A stretch of DNA of 64,000 nt from Eledone cirrhosa (GCA_964016885.1 OZ024740.1:392274001-392338000), one strand, 5' to 3'. Numbered from the stretch's first letter, positions 12,424 to 25,500 are shown. Translations and numbers: made by a program. Notes: generated by a model from the letters alone, not told the origin.

Positions 12424-12775
12424 ATAATTGTTTCTACGTTAGGCACAAGGCCAGCAATTACCCAGTGTATTACTGGTACTTTATTTTATCGACCCCGTAA
12501 GGATGAAAAGAAAAGTCAACCTCGGCGGGATTTGAACTCAGATCGTAAAAATATCAATAAATAATGGTTTCTCATTTTAGGCACTAGGCCAACAATTTTT
12601 TGGGGAGAAGAAAGTCGATTAAATTGACCCCAGTGCATAACTAATACTTTATTTTATCGACCCCGTAAGGATGAAAGGCAAAGCTTACCTCGGTGGGATT
12701 TGAACTCAGACCGTAAAGGGCCATAACTCTATGCCACATAGCATATTTTCCAATGCCTTACCAATATTGCCAAAC
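12424..12775 (-). mobile_element. Two tandem family-A SINEs (left copy 5'-truncated)
   Basis: Core ttttatcgaccccgtaaggatgaaa occurs twice; 15-bp direct repeat atatcaataaataat at 12414 and 12551. Confidence 0.85.
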
Positions 12776-13015
12776 CATACAGTCTACAGTGTATTTTTAA
12801 TCTGAAGTTGGATGCAGCATGATCAAATGGTGAGGAAATTCCAGGTGCAATTCCACCGTGTGACATCTTGGGCAAGTGTCTTTTAGCATAGCTTCAGGTT
12901 GACTCAATCATTCAGTGATAGGAACTGTGGGAAAAGCTGTTGGATAGACTGTGTTTGTAAATTAAGGGTCCAATATTATCATACATTGTCATGTTGATTC
13001 CCTGTGAAGATTACA

Positions 13016-13231
13016 TTAACCCTTTAGCATTTGCATTACTTTATATTTACTATTGTATTTTTGTGGTAAAGGCTTTACCTCATATAATATCGAAGCTATG
13101 AGATTTTGTTATTATCTATTTTGAGAACAATACCTTAATGTTAGTATGAGTGGCCAGTTCCAGCTGGTTTGAACAGAAAGAAGTGGGAGAATTCTGGCCA
13201 GATACAGCCAGTTTAAATGCTAAAGGGTTAA
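13016..13231 (-). mobile_element. piggyBac-type MITE (TTAA TSD, TIR ccctttagcatt)
   Basis: ttaa-ccctttagcatt...aatgctaaaggg-ttaa; interior is the reverse of the other copies. Confidence 0.88.
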
Positions 13232-13409
13232 AGGTACACATGTGAGTTGAGGGAACAATTCAATGCTCATCACTGGAACTGATAGAGGTCCATATACTTC
13301 ATATTCATCCTTCATTACTATATTTCTAATGAAATACACTAATGATTTTCAAATAATTTTAAAAATAAACAAGAATTTGAAGGGATTTAGTAATATAATC
13401 ATCTCATTA

Positions 13410-13650
13410 TTAACCCATTAGCATTCAAACCAGCCATATCCGGCCAGAATTCTTTCACCTCTTTCTGTTCAAACTGGCTGTAACTGGCTGCTTATACTGA
13501 TGTTAAGGTATAGTTCTCAAAATAAATAATATCAACATCTCATAGATTCGATATTATGTGAGATAACTATGTGAGGTAAAGCTTTTACTGATAAAATACA
13601 ATAGTAAATATAATAGTATATATAGGGCAATGTAAATGCTAAAGGGTTAA
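13410..13650 (+). mobile_element. piggyBac-type MITE nested in an older TTAA-ended element (about 13330-13789)
   Basis: ttaa-cccattagcatt...aatgctaaaggg-ttaa; the host ends gggttaa at 13789 and matches about 40069-40520 in reverse. Confidence 0.88.
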
Positions 13651-14114
13651 GCTGGTGTTTGGAGCATAACATACCAAATATTTTTATATAGAATTATGAT
13701 GGGAAGTTTTTAGATAAATATAAACACTTTAAAACAGTTTTATATTATAGAAACAAAGGGAATTTCAGAGTTTATATCAAATGGGTTAATCTGTTATGGC
13801 ACTATTAAAATGTCTTTTCACCAACCTCTTTTTTGTATCTATTATGATGGTTATATAGCAGTTCTTATACAGGTTCAACAACAGTAGATAGGTTACTAGG
13901 TTGGTTGGTAGGTATGTAAGTAAATAGGTTGATAGGTATGTAGGTAGGTAGGTATGTAGGGTAATCAACTTGTAATGTTTTTGATATATTTCCACATAAT
14001 TTCTTCTCTTTCTCTTCTTTTTCTACCCATCTTCTTATTTCTGCTTCTCTTCAATCTTTCTTTTCTCCTTTCTCTCTCCTTCCCACTATCTCACTCTTTC
14101 TCTCTCTGTATATG

Positions 14115-14145
<31 letters not shown>

Positions 14146-15594
14146 TAATATAAACTAAAGAAAATTAACAAAGAAAGGACAAGGCTGCATATATGTGTGT
14201 GTGTGTGTGTGTAAAAAAGTAAACAAATAACAAAGCAAATGACACAGTACACTGAAGAAATATATTAGTTTAACGCTTATACACACACACTCACAGATAC
14301 ATATATGCACATATATACACACACATACATACATGAATATTGTGGTGGGTTTTGCAAATAGAAATCTTTCATCAAGGTCACACATGTACACAAAGATATT
14401 ACTTATCTACTGCAACTGGAGGGGGGGGGGGGGGTACTGTATTGTGTTTATGGAAAATTCTTCTCTGTTCAAGTATATTTCTCTTTGTCTCAGATACAGC
14501 CATAAATATTTCAGTATAAGTACACTTGTTAAAGTGAGCAAGATATATACTTGATTCTTTACATTCTTCTGGCTATCACCTGAATACATGATGATCACAT
14601 TGCAAAACCCACTATAGATTGCTTTCTGATGACTGAATTTTTCACTTCAACAAACTTAATTCTGATTGGTACATTCATTTCACATTCGTGTGAGGGAGAG
14701 AATCTATTTTATATTTTGTTCTTTTCTAATATAACTAATATCAAAATTCAACTGCAGACAATTTTAATTACTGGTTTTACTATGAAATAATGAAATCACA
14801 TTCATTTTCATCATCCTTTTTACTTCCCATTTTTTATGCTTCAGTCCTCTCAAAAACTGCATCTCACCACATGTATTCCTTTGTCTCAGCATCCTGAGAT
14901 CAGCTTTCACCATTTCTGACCATGTTTTTGTTATTCTTCCTTTTCTGTGTCTTCCTCAACTTAGAATTTTTAGCACATCTTCCTCCAACTGTCATCATTA
15001 ATATGCATTTTATGCTTGTATAAATTATATTCTTTCCCACTCACAAAAATTAAATTAATGGAGCATCCAAATTACTTAATCTATTATTTAAAATAAATTA
15101 TAGTCATTTTAGTCAACCAATATTGCTGTCTTATTGATTTCAAACAAGCCACCAACTTCCGAATATCTGTTGTTTGCTTGAAATACCAACCTTTGTACTG
15201 CTATGTTGTAAAATATAAGTACCCTGTGGGATCATTGTTACTTCCATTGCTTCTCTTTTGAAAGAAAACTCATCTGATCTATGATAGGGCTAGCTTATTT
15301 TTTAGGAAGCATCTGGTATTGACACTGAATGTTGTTGTTGTCGTCATCATCCTCATCATGGTAGTAAATGTAGTTGATGAAAGATACAGGTGAGGGGTTG
15401 GAATATATTTACAAACTTTATTAGGAGGTTTTATACACAAAATCTGATAAACATTGTACAGTAAGTTACTGTCTTCTGCTTTCTCATAGGTTGGAATATG
15501 GTGACTTAATTACTTTGATACTGAAAATACTAGTTCATTCTCATTATGCTTGAGTTTTCATTTCTTATAGCATGAAATCACCAAAGAATTGGGT

Positions 15595-15949
15595 TTAACC
15601 CTTTAATGTTCAAACCGGCCAAAACTGGCCAGAATTCTCTACCTCTTTCTGTTGAAACTGGCTGTAATTGGTCACTCAAACTGATGTTAAGGTATTGTTC
15701 TCAAAATAAATACTTTCAAAATCTCATAGATTCAATATTATGTGAGATAATTAAGCGAGGTAAAGCCTTTACCGTGAAAATATAATAGTATATATAAAAT
15801 AATTGTTTCTACTTTAGGCACAAGGCCAGCAATTACTCAGTACATTACTGGTACTTTATTTTATCGACCCCGTAAGGATGAAAGGTAAAGTTAACCTCGG
15901 CGGGATTTGAACTCAGACTGTAAAGGGACGGTGAATGCTAAAGGGTTAA
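15595..15949 (+). mobile_element. piggyBac-type MITE containing a family-A SINE (about 15797-15930, - strand)
   Basis: TTAA/TIR at both ends; SINE core inside near the right end. Confidence 0.85.
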
Positions 15950-16759
15950 GAGAGTTTGCAGTTTTTCTTCTCATTTTATATGTTTCTTCAAATTAAATTA
16001 TTGAGACTTCCCTGGCATTCATCAGACATGTTCATTTTTAGCATAATCACAAGATCTAAAATATTGGAGAGAGAACAATTGATTATATAGACCCCAGTAC
16101 TTGACTGGTACATTATTTTATCAATTCTGGAAGGATGAAAGACACAGTTAACCTTGGTAGGATTTGAAGTCAGAACGTAAAGAGCTAGAACAAATAACAA
16201 TTCTGTTTCAGTTAGGGATGAGAGAAAGAAAGAGAAAGACAAAAGTATGTTTTAAAAAGTAGGAAGGAAATGATTTGCCAACAAAGGAAGGTGAATGAAT
16301 ATTTACAGCTGTTATATCTATCTATTATATTTTACAGAAGATTTTTTCAGATTAAAATTTGTTGAGAGAATATGTTGGGAAAACCAATTAGCAGAACTAA
16401 TTGGGAAACAAAAGTAGTTTTCCATGGAAATCTTTCAATTTTTATTTATTTGATTAAGGTTTTTTCTTATTTTCTTATTTTAAATTCTTCTTTCTATTGC
16501 TAGTATTTGGATAGTGAAGGGGTATTTTATTTAAAAGCAAATTTTACATAAGTTTTGGTAATTATTGGCACAGTAGATTGAAGCTCTTGTAATGGATATA
16601 CTCGAACCTGAATAACAATAATAATGACTTCTAATTCAGGCACAAAGCCAGCAATTCGGAGTAAGAGGAAAGTTGATTATATTGACTGTGCTACTTGACT
16701 AAATTGACTGTGCTACTTGACTAATGATGATGATGATGATGGCGGCGGCGGCGGCTGTT

Positions 16760-16955
16760 TCATATATAGGCACAAGGCCAACAATTTTGGGGGAGGGGAA
16801 AGTCGACCCCAGTGCGTGACTGGTATTTTATTTTATCGACCCAGTAAGGATGAAAGGCAAAGTTAACCTCAGCAGGATTTGAACTCAGACTGTAAAGGAG
16901 CGTAACTCTATGATGTAAAGCATGGTGTCCGACCCTCTACCAATACTGCCAATCT
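16760..16955 (-). mobile_element. Family-A SINE
   Basis: Tail ggcacaaggcc, core and gatttgaactcag B-box; a further partial tail at about 16620-16700. Confidence 0.8.
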
Positions 16956-16974
16956 AATAATCATTGGATTTGAT

Positions 16975-17960
16975 AGCTACTTCCACCACACCCAAGATGA
17001 ACTTCTCAAGCCTGTACTCAAACATGAACGGAGTAAAGTAACAAAAGAGGCAAGCAAATTTAGACAAAATCTGAACATGAGCCAAGATAAACTCATAGAA
17101 GATCAACACCAGAGTACTGCACAGCTAGCTAAGATTGTGAAGATCAAAGTAAAGAAACTCCAAACAGAGGAACTAAACCGAGAATGAAAGGCAAAACCCC
17201 TACATGGTAGATTCTCAGAGCACCTTTCTGACAATGATCAGCATGGCTCACTAGTCTGGCTCAGAAATTCTGGTCTGAAAGCAGAGACCGAGAGACTCTT
17301 AGTTGCTGCACAAGACCAATCTCTAAACACTTGGGCCTAAAGACACAGGATAGTGAAAGATGAAACTAGCCCTTTATGAAGAATATGCAACAAATATGAA
17401 GAAATGATAGATCATGTTATCTCCATGTGTCCAGAGCTGAAAAAACAAACAGATTATATAAAAAGACACAATCACTTTACCAAATATGTTCACTGAAGCT
17501 CTGCCAATCTCATGACATCCAAACTTTTGAACATCAACAAAAAAACAGTCATGGAAAATGGCAACATATCCATTCTGTGGGATATGCCTGTGATAACTGA
17601 TGAGAAATTGCTGATATAGACAAGATATCACAAAAACAAAACAGATAGGACATTTAGCCTGATAGATATTGCTGTACCACCTGGCAAGAACACATCTGCA
17701 AAAACAATGGAAAAACTGTCCAACTACAAAGACCTAGAAATAGAGATCAACCGCATGTGTAAGATGACCACAAACACTATTCCTGTGGTAATAGGAGCAC
17801 TAGGATTAATACCCAAATCATCAGACCTGCACCTTGGTGTCCTTCCCTGCCTAATCAGAAAATATGAGTTACAGAAGATTGGGCTACTAGGAACATCACA
17901 CATTCTCAGATGAGTTTTTTCTACCTGACAACATATAAACAGAACCAAGTGAAATAACAT
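16975..17960 (+). mobile_element. R4/Dong-clade (restriction-like endonuclease) LINE 3' fragment, decayed
   Basis: KPLHGRF, WLRNSGLKAETERLLVAAQDQSLNT, CCHC-like CNKYEEMIDHVISMC, ILWDMPV, DIAVP, EKLSNYKDLEIEINRM, IPVVIGALG and LQKIGLLGTSHILR; in-frame stops; followed by aataataat. Confidence 0.85.
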
Positions 17961-18540
17961 AATAATAATGATGATGATAACGATAGTCTGAGCTTCTACC
18001 CCATCGTCATTTCCTAACCAAGCTTATATTGCTTGTGAGGAAACTGACTGAGGCATCCACCATCTCACCTTTTGAACACAGCATACAATCTACTCATCTC
18101 TACTCAAGTGTCTCCACAATTTCGTCAGATTTACCTTTCAGTGTGCCAACATTATGTGTAACTGCCCTGAAATGTGTTGGTGGTTGAGTTGTCTTTTGAT
18201 AGCTTTCTTCAAACATAGAATGTTGTGGGCTACATTATCCACCATGTCCTTTTTTTAAAATTTGTCAGGGTGTGATTTTAGGTAGATTTTGTTGTTATTT
18301 CTAACAGGCTGAGTAACTATGCAAGAGGTTCTTGTTGGCTTGCATAAATACCTGTAGTTTATTGATGTTAATGATTCAATCAACTGTGCTGTTCTCTGAG
18401 TCTTGGTGTAAGTAAAAATATGCTCATCAAAAGCTGTTATGCGCCATTTCACTTCTCATATGTTACTCATGTTCTCTGAGAAATAGAGTATAAGCCTAAA
18501 ACAACAAACAATAAATAAAGAATGTATGCTGTAAATTCAT

Positions 18541-18953
18541 TTTGATATAATAATTGTTTCTACTTTTGGCACAAGGCCAGCAATTACCCAGTACATTACT
18601 GGTACTTTATTTTATCGACCCCGTAAGGATGAAAGGCAAAGTCAACCTCGGCGGGATTTGAACTCAGATCGTAAAGGGACGTAACTATGATGGAAAGCAT
18701 GGCGTCCAACCCTCTACCGATACTGCCAATCCACCGCCCTTTGATATAATAATTGTTTCTACTTTAGGCACAAGGCCAGCAATTACCCAGTGCATTACTG
18801 GTACTTTATTTTATCGACCCCGTAAGGATGAAAGGCAAAGTCAACCTCGGCGGGATTTTGAACTCAGAACGTAAAGGGACGTAACTATGCTGGAAAGCAT
18901 GGCGTCCGACCCTCTACCGATACTGCCAATCCACCGCCCTTTGATATAATAAT
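18541..18953 (-). mobile_element. Head-to-tail dimer of full-length family-A SINEs
   Basis: Two units of about 200 bp; tttgatataataat occurs at 18541, 18740 and 18940. Confidence 0.92.
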
Positions 18954-19251
18954 GAAATAGAAGCAGATTCTTGTGACATTTAAAGATTATACCAATTATA
19001 CAGCAGATTCTCAAGAAACATGTAAGGATTATTTGGAAGTTTGAACTCAAGAGCATGTAGTCAGTGATCTAGTACTTCAACTTCATATCCATTGTACTTC
19101 ATAACTTCACCCATTTCTTCTGTATAACTTACTGGCAGAGTTCAATCAGTCTGAACTAAATTAATACTTTAACACTTTTAAGTCCCTCATTTGAAGTCTA
19201 CAGATATTTATATTTTAAAATTACGAATTTAACAGAAGTTTTTAAAGGGTT

Positions 19252-19367
19252 ATAATTGTTTCTACTTTTGGAACAAGGCCAGCAATTACCCAGTGCATTA
19301 CTGGTACTTTATTTTATCGACCCTGTAAGGATGAAAGGCAAAGTTAACTTCGGCTGGATTTGAACTC
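19252..19367 (-). mobile_element. Family-A SINE, 5'-truncated
   Basis: Tail and core present; stops at the B-box. Confidence 0.85.
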
Positions 19368-19944
19368 CTGTTTGTTGGAATTTGAAAAATGACTTATGTA
19401 AAAAAAACCTTTAAAATGACTTATGTAAAAAAAAACTTAAGTCTAAATTTCAGAGATATAAATTTAATTTTTAGAACTATTAACCTCCCCTTTTGTGTTT
19501 TTATTATTTATGCTATATTTTGGTTGGTTCATATTCTCATTGTCCTCAAGTGCCCTATTAACTAATATATTACCATCTTAATATGGTAGTATATTCAATG
19601 TTAAAACCCTATATTAGAAATATAGGTTCTGTGTTCATTCTAATTTAGATGAGGTGTATCCTTGTTAGCATTGTCTTCATTATCATTTTATGTACATTTT
19701 TCTTTCCATATTTGATTGGTTGGATAGGTCTTCAAAGCAATGTCTTACTACATGTTGCATTTTATTGTCATCTTCATGAGATTCAACCGCTTGAGATCAC
19801 CTTTCACTATTTATTTTCATGTGTTCCTTAGATGTCTTTATATGCTAAGGACACAGGTCTCATGTCAAATATTTACTAAATGAAACTTTCAGAATTAGTT
19901 AAATCTTCAAAATTCTCAATAGAACTTTTCTCTTTATTTTTTAG

Positions 19945-20126
19945 TGCCAACCTCAGTGAAACATATTTTACCAACCGCCAAGATCGCTACATTCTTTTCA
20001 ACGACTGTCCTGAAATGGCTGATTTCTTTTCATCGCTCATCAAAACTGTTGCCTCATTTTCATTTCAAGTCAACTCTGATTGCTCAGTTACATTTCCTGA
20101 TGAATTTGGTGTGCATCCATATGAAG
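19945..20126 (+). CDS. PGS1: PGS1 internal exon
   Basis: Acceptor ttttttag|t, donor gaag|gtatgt; ANLSETYFTNRQDRYILFNDCPEMADFF...VHPYE matches the PGS1 motif GANLSxxYFTNRQDRY; phase 2/1. Confidence 0.93.
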
Positions 20127-20859
20127 GTATGTTTCATTGATATTACAAACATGTCTGTTCCATTTTTATTTTATATTTTGAAGGATAGAAAGGATGTTAG
20201 AATTTTTGTTTCATTTTATCTCAAAATATTTATGTATGTATTTTCTGTGATGCTGAGATTACTCTCTATAACTACTCAGAGCTCCACTATGCTGGTCAGC
20301 CCTTGGTACTGTATGAAGTTTAGTGATAATCTAATGACCTGTTATGTGTTATGCTACATTTTCATTATTTATCATGCTGGTGACACAAGTTCCCAGTTTG
20401 CCCTGTAAAGTGGCCTTGTTGAGGACATGACAAAAAGCACCCATTCCACCCTTATAGATGGTTGTTTTAAAAAGGGCATCTAGCTGTAAAAACCAAGCCA
20501 AAATACAGTTCCATATGAGTAAGACTTGTCTCATAATGTGACAACCCATCTAACTCATGCAAGCATGGAAAATAAATGTTAAGCAATGATGAGAATGATG
20601 TATGTATTTATATATGTGCGTGGGTGTGTATTCTTTTATTGTTTCACTGGTTTCAGCCATTGGACTGCAGGCATGCTTCAAATATTTAATTCATCATATT
20701 GATCCCACTACTTATTGCAGTCCTGTAAGGAATTTAAAGAATAAATAGTTGTTGATGCCAGAGAGAGAGAATGTACCCAAAACAAAATTCAGGCATTATT
20801 CCTGAAGGAGTGAATTAGAATAAAAACCATGGTATTGAAATAAACTGGGTAAATAAGTG

Positions 20860-21058
20860 CCAAGAAATCCCAGTAGAAGGAAGATGCAATAGAGGTAGAC
20901 CATGAAAATCATGGGCGGAGGTGGTGAGAGCAAACCTCAGATCGCTGAAACTCACCGAGGAGATGACGAAGGACCGTGACAAGTGGAGAGATGCTGTGCT
21001 GAATAGGACCTGTCCAACCCTTGCAAGCAGGGAAAAGTGGACGTAAGATGATGATGAT
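20860..21058 (+). mobile_element. RTE LINE 3' end
   Basis: PVEGRCNRGRP..SWAEVVRANLRSLKLTEEMTKDRDKWR, then a tail ending in (tga)n. Confidence 0.8.
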
Positions 21059-22244
21059 AGAATAGCTGAGATGAGAGTGGCCTATAGATTGTAACTGGTT
21101 TATGTGCCCCATTGTTGTGATATACACCAAGTATTACTGAATTGAGGATTTTTATTGAGAAGAAAAGCTTGTGGATTGCTTCCACGATTTATAGTTTCAG
21201 AATGCATTGAAGGTAAAATTTACCTCAGTACAATTAAAACTCAGACATGGGAGACCTCTAACACCAAATAATTAAATTACTGGCACTGCCTACTCCACCA
21301 ATTTAATGTTGAATATAATTAATAAGAATTTCTTTTTTAAACATAATCATTCACATATACATGCATGCCCAGTTTAACAATACCAGCTAGTCATTGCAAG
21401 CTTTTAATAGAGTTCACTTTACTGCAAGCATATGGATTAGGCCTCCAGTTCCATCTTTATTCACATATCAGCCCCATCAATCTCTACAATCTTGGAGCAC
21501 TTGCAAAGTTTAGAAGCACTGCTTTCTCCTAACTTGTCAAATAAATAAGAAGAAACATTTACTTTTACACACATGCAATGCATTTTTTGTTTATTTACAT
21601 AGTGAGTTATATGCACACACACATATTTTGCTGAGTACACTTGTCAGACTTTCTATTTGAGCTTTTGTTATAAGCTTATCTATTAATCTCTGTCCCTCCC
21701 AGTTTTCCTACTTCCAGCCTGCTTAAGAGAAATGCCTAAATCTGTTAGAATAGTTTCAGTTACTTACTGGCATCTTATCCTCACATGAAGAGCCCCGTTT
21801 ATGGCATCCATATTTTTTGATAATGTATTCTCATATAATATTTTTGTCATTTGACAGCCCCTACTCAGATAATAACACAATTTTCTTTGTCTTCAGATTC
21901 CATCTTTTTCTGTTGTTATTGCATTCCGCATACCCACTCCCTACTCTTGTTTTCTTCCCTTCATGTTTTATTTTCCATTTGTAGGCTGGAAGAAATGGTA
22001 AATTAGCAAACTCTATAGTCTATCTGTCAGTTTGTCAGCCAGTGTATATGTGTGTATATAAAGATGTATGCATATTTGTGTTTGTATGAATGTATGTTTA
22101 TATGAATGTATGTTTGTATGTAGATATATATATATATGTGCGTGTATATATATATATGCACGTGTGTATGTTTATATACATATATACACGCACACACACA
22201 CAGACACGCACATATATATATGTATGCACATACACATATATATA

Positions 22245-22296
<52 letters not shown>

Positions 22297-22687
22297 TTAG
22301 TTAAGCAAAACAAGACCACAAATTTCACAAGGAAGACATTATTAAAAGATTGTCAACATATTTAGTTTGATGTAAGGAATGTAGAGAATAATAATAATAA
22401 TAATATTAATAATAATAATGCCCGTTTACAATTGTTTCGCTACTCCGTATAATATTTCTGGATCAGATGACTATGTATCATAATTGATCTGGTTCAGTTG
22501 AAATTAATTAACATATTTAAAAAAACAGAGTAGCTCATCGGAACTCAAAGGAATATAAATTAAAATAATGTTACATAATATAATGTTCCATATATTAGTT
22601 TTTACTATCAGCTGTCAGCCATAATCAAGCAGTACTCATCTGTCGAGGCTGCATTGTGTGAGATCTGCCTATGGGTAACATTGTTAC

Positions 22688-22945
22688 AATAAAGTACCAG
22701 TAATGTACTGGATAATTGCTGGCCTTGTGCCAAAAGTAGAAACAATTATTTCTGGTGGATTGGCAGTATCAGTAGAGGGTCGGACGCCATGCTTTCCAGC
22801 ATAGTTACGTCCCTTTACGATCTGAGTTCAAATCCCGCCGAGGTTGACTTTGCCTTTCATCCTTACGGGGTCGATAAAATAAAGTACCAGTAATGCACTG
22901 GGTAATTTGCTGGCCTTGTGCCAAATGTAGAAACAATTATTTCTG
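22688..22945 (+). mobile_element. Family-A SINE tail followed directly by a near-full family-A SINE
   Basis: aattatttctg at 22744 and 22935 brackets the second copy. Confidence 0.85.
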
Positions 22946-23264
22946 AAGACAGCATATATATGTGTAGGTATGTATATTCCCTCTGATAGTTTGTAAAATT
23001 TTTACATAGATCTATATGATATACATACCAACACACACATATATATCCTAGAAACGATCGTAAAATGATGAATTTTTTAATATAGGGAACTGTTTCTTTG
23101 TTTTTATTAATTTATCTTGACTCTGTTTTCCTGTGATTTTCATTGAAAAAATTTTTGAATACATCTTCTCTTTTCATGATATTTGGATTACATTGAGTTC
23201 TTCATACGGATTGGACATTACCGTATATTTTGGTAGATTTATCTACATATATATAAATATATAT

Positions 23265-23450
23265 ATAAGGAAGAAATTCCAAATCTGGAAACATAGCCTA
23301 AAATCAAAGGGTCTTAAAGTCAACCTGACAAAGACTAAGGTTTTAGTAAGTAGAAGTAAAAACAGGGCCTTGATCCCCTTAGAGAAATGGCCTTGCTCAA
23401 TGTGCAGAAAAAACGTAGGTAGAAATTCCATCCTCTATCCCAAATGTATA
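23265..23450 (+). mobile_element. RTE LINE RT fragment
   Basis: KFQIWKHSLKSKGLKVNLTKTKVLVS...KWPCSMCRKNVGRNSI. Confidence 0.75.
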
Positions 23451-24469
23451 TGGCATCCCATAACTATGGGTATAAGGTGTTCCATAACTAATGGAATGAA
23501 ATCATTCACAAGCATGCAACTGACAAATATACACACGCACACACATCAAATACTGGATTTACTGGTAATACATCTGAAATCCATTGAACATAAGCCATGA
23601 AAGTTCACTTCACTTTAAAAGACTATAAATCCCTTCTTATTAATAAAATTATGAGCGTCGGTATATGTATGAGAAGTATATGTGGAATACTGAGAATATG
23701 TTTTGACTGTTTATAAAAAGTTGGTCAGTCTGCCATGAAGGATGAAGTTATAATATACATAATTGCATCTGTGTGTATATATATATATATACATATATAT
23801 ATACATATATGTGTGTACATATACACACACATACATACACATACATGCATATATATATAAACACACACATACATAGATACACAATTGCACACACAAGCAT
23901 ATATGTATAAACCCATAGAATTATAAGCTATTAGTTGTATAGTTCATGCTGCTTAATCTCATCAATCTTGTAAACCAATTAACTGGCAGAGAAGTACATT
24001 ATTGTTTGTTGACTTTTTAACCTGCATATCCAAGTTAATAACAGACAGCTATATATCATCATTTAAGCAACCATCATTTGTAACCTTCTCTGTTAAACAA
24101 ACAGTCTAAGCTTACAGTGACTTGTGGTCATGTCCTGTTATACTGGAGACAAATGCATTTCCTCGCCATTTAAAAGTTCATTTTACATTTAAAAAATGAA
24201 ACTCACGGAGGATTTACATACACACACACACGCATGAAAAATTATAAAACATGTCAAAGATTCTTGATTTGATTTGTTGTTAGTTGTCCCCAATGGAGCT
24301 CTGTTGGAGCAGAATATCATCAAAGATGTTTCAGCTGTGAATGACAGTGTATCTAGAACTACATCATCTAACATTTCCTATGTTTTTTTAAAGACAGTGC
24401 AGTGTCATTTGTGGGAGATTTTGTCAAGCAGCCACATAAAGGTTTCCCCTATTAGCATGTTGTACACAT

Positions 24470-25060
24470 GTTGTTAAGCAGGAATATGTGTTGACTCCCA
24501 GCCTCCTTTTCTTGTACAAAACCCTTCCAATGCACTTGTTTCTCTTCCTCTCATTGACTTTACCGTGTTTCACTTTCCTCTTCAAGTGAAACCAGAAAAG
24601 TTAATCAGGGCTTTGCCAAAGAGGAAAGTGCTTGTTTCAGCCCCTTCAAATATGTCCACCATATGACCTATTTTGTGATGGCTACCAGGCAAATAAAAAC
24701 AGCATGTCTTTCCCACCAAAAGAAAGTTGGCAGGGCGATCTTCACAATGGACTCAGCTGATAGCTGGATCCATTCTACACTTGACAGCAAGTGTTCAACA
24801 TAAATCCACAAGTCAACAATACTCAGACACTCAACTAGTGCATGTAGGACAGTTTCATCACCCTGCATTCATTTTGGACCGGCCTGGCTGATGGCCCTTC
24901 CATGCCTGCTGTAGAGTTTATATCGAACTGACAATGCTCCCCGGTAGCACTCCCTGGAAGTTATCCATGGGCTCTAGATCAAAAGTCCTCCAGAAAAGAG
25001 TGGTTAGTTGATTCTTGTTGACACCCAGAATCTCCCCAACAACATCGTCGCTTTTGCTTG
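24470..25060 (-). mobile_element. L1/Tx1-clade ORF2 C-terminal fragment
   Basis: CYRGALSVRYKLY..HG...DETVLHALVEC...LW resembles the degenerate C-terminal CCHC region of Tx1/L1 ORF2. Confidence 0.65.
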
Positions 25061-25309
25061 TCACTAACCCTTTATAAAAGAATTAGTTAAAATACAATAA
25101 ATTAGGTGTAGGCTGACTTAAGGTAACTTAAAAGAAATATCAGAGTGAAACACATTAGGATGAATAAGAGATAAATTAAAAGTTGAGTTAATTAGGTTTT
25201 AGACATAGTTCTACAGCATAAGAGGAAAGCATGGTATGTGACAATATATGAGATAAAAAGATACGTCTTATATTGATTTGCTGGGGATATTTTAAGATTG
25301 AAACATCTA

Positions 25310-25455
25310 CACATACACACATGTATCATGACTCATACACTATTCACTTCCCTAACATTTGTATATTATTCAATGTACTATACATGCACCTTTGACGAGT
25401 TGTAGTGCACCTGAGCACTTTACACACTAATTTCATTATTATTATTATTATTATT
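25310..25455 (+). mobile_element. CR1-type LINE 3' tail with (att)n
   Basis: Matches the tail of the CR1 fragment at 52500-52620. Confidence 0.75.
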
Positions 25456-25500
25456 AAAATGATTTGAAGTATCATCTTTGGTTTTTCTCTTGGATTAATA

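Noticed and set aside
16681-16724. 22-bp tandem duplication (similar short ones at about 19387-19437 and 39460-39525)
   Set aside because: Ordinary slippage duplications with no further structure.
18541-18953. Repeat-spacer pattern resembling a CRISPR array
   Set aside because: The spacers are near-identical SINE copies of about 185 bp; eukaryotic context and no cas genes.
1-19944. Upstream PGS1 exons (first HKD motif, e.g. GLQHxKxYxFD)
   Set aside because: No matching exon was recognised by eye; they probably lie upstream of the window, though a short exon could have been missed.
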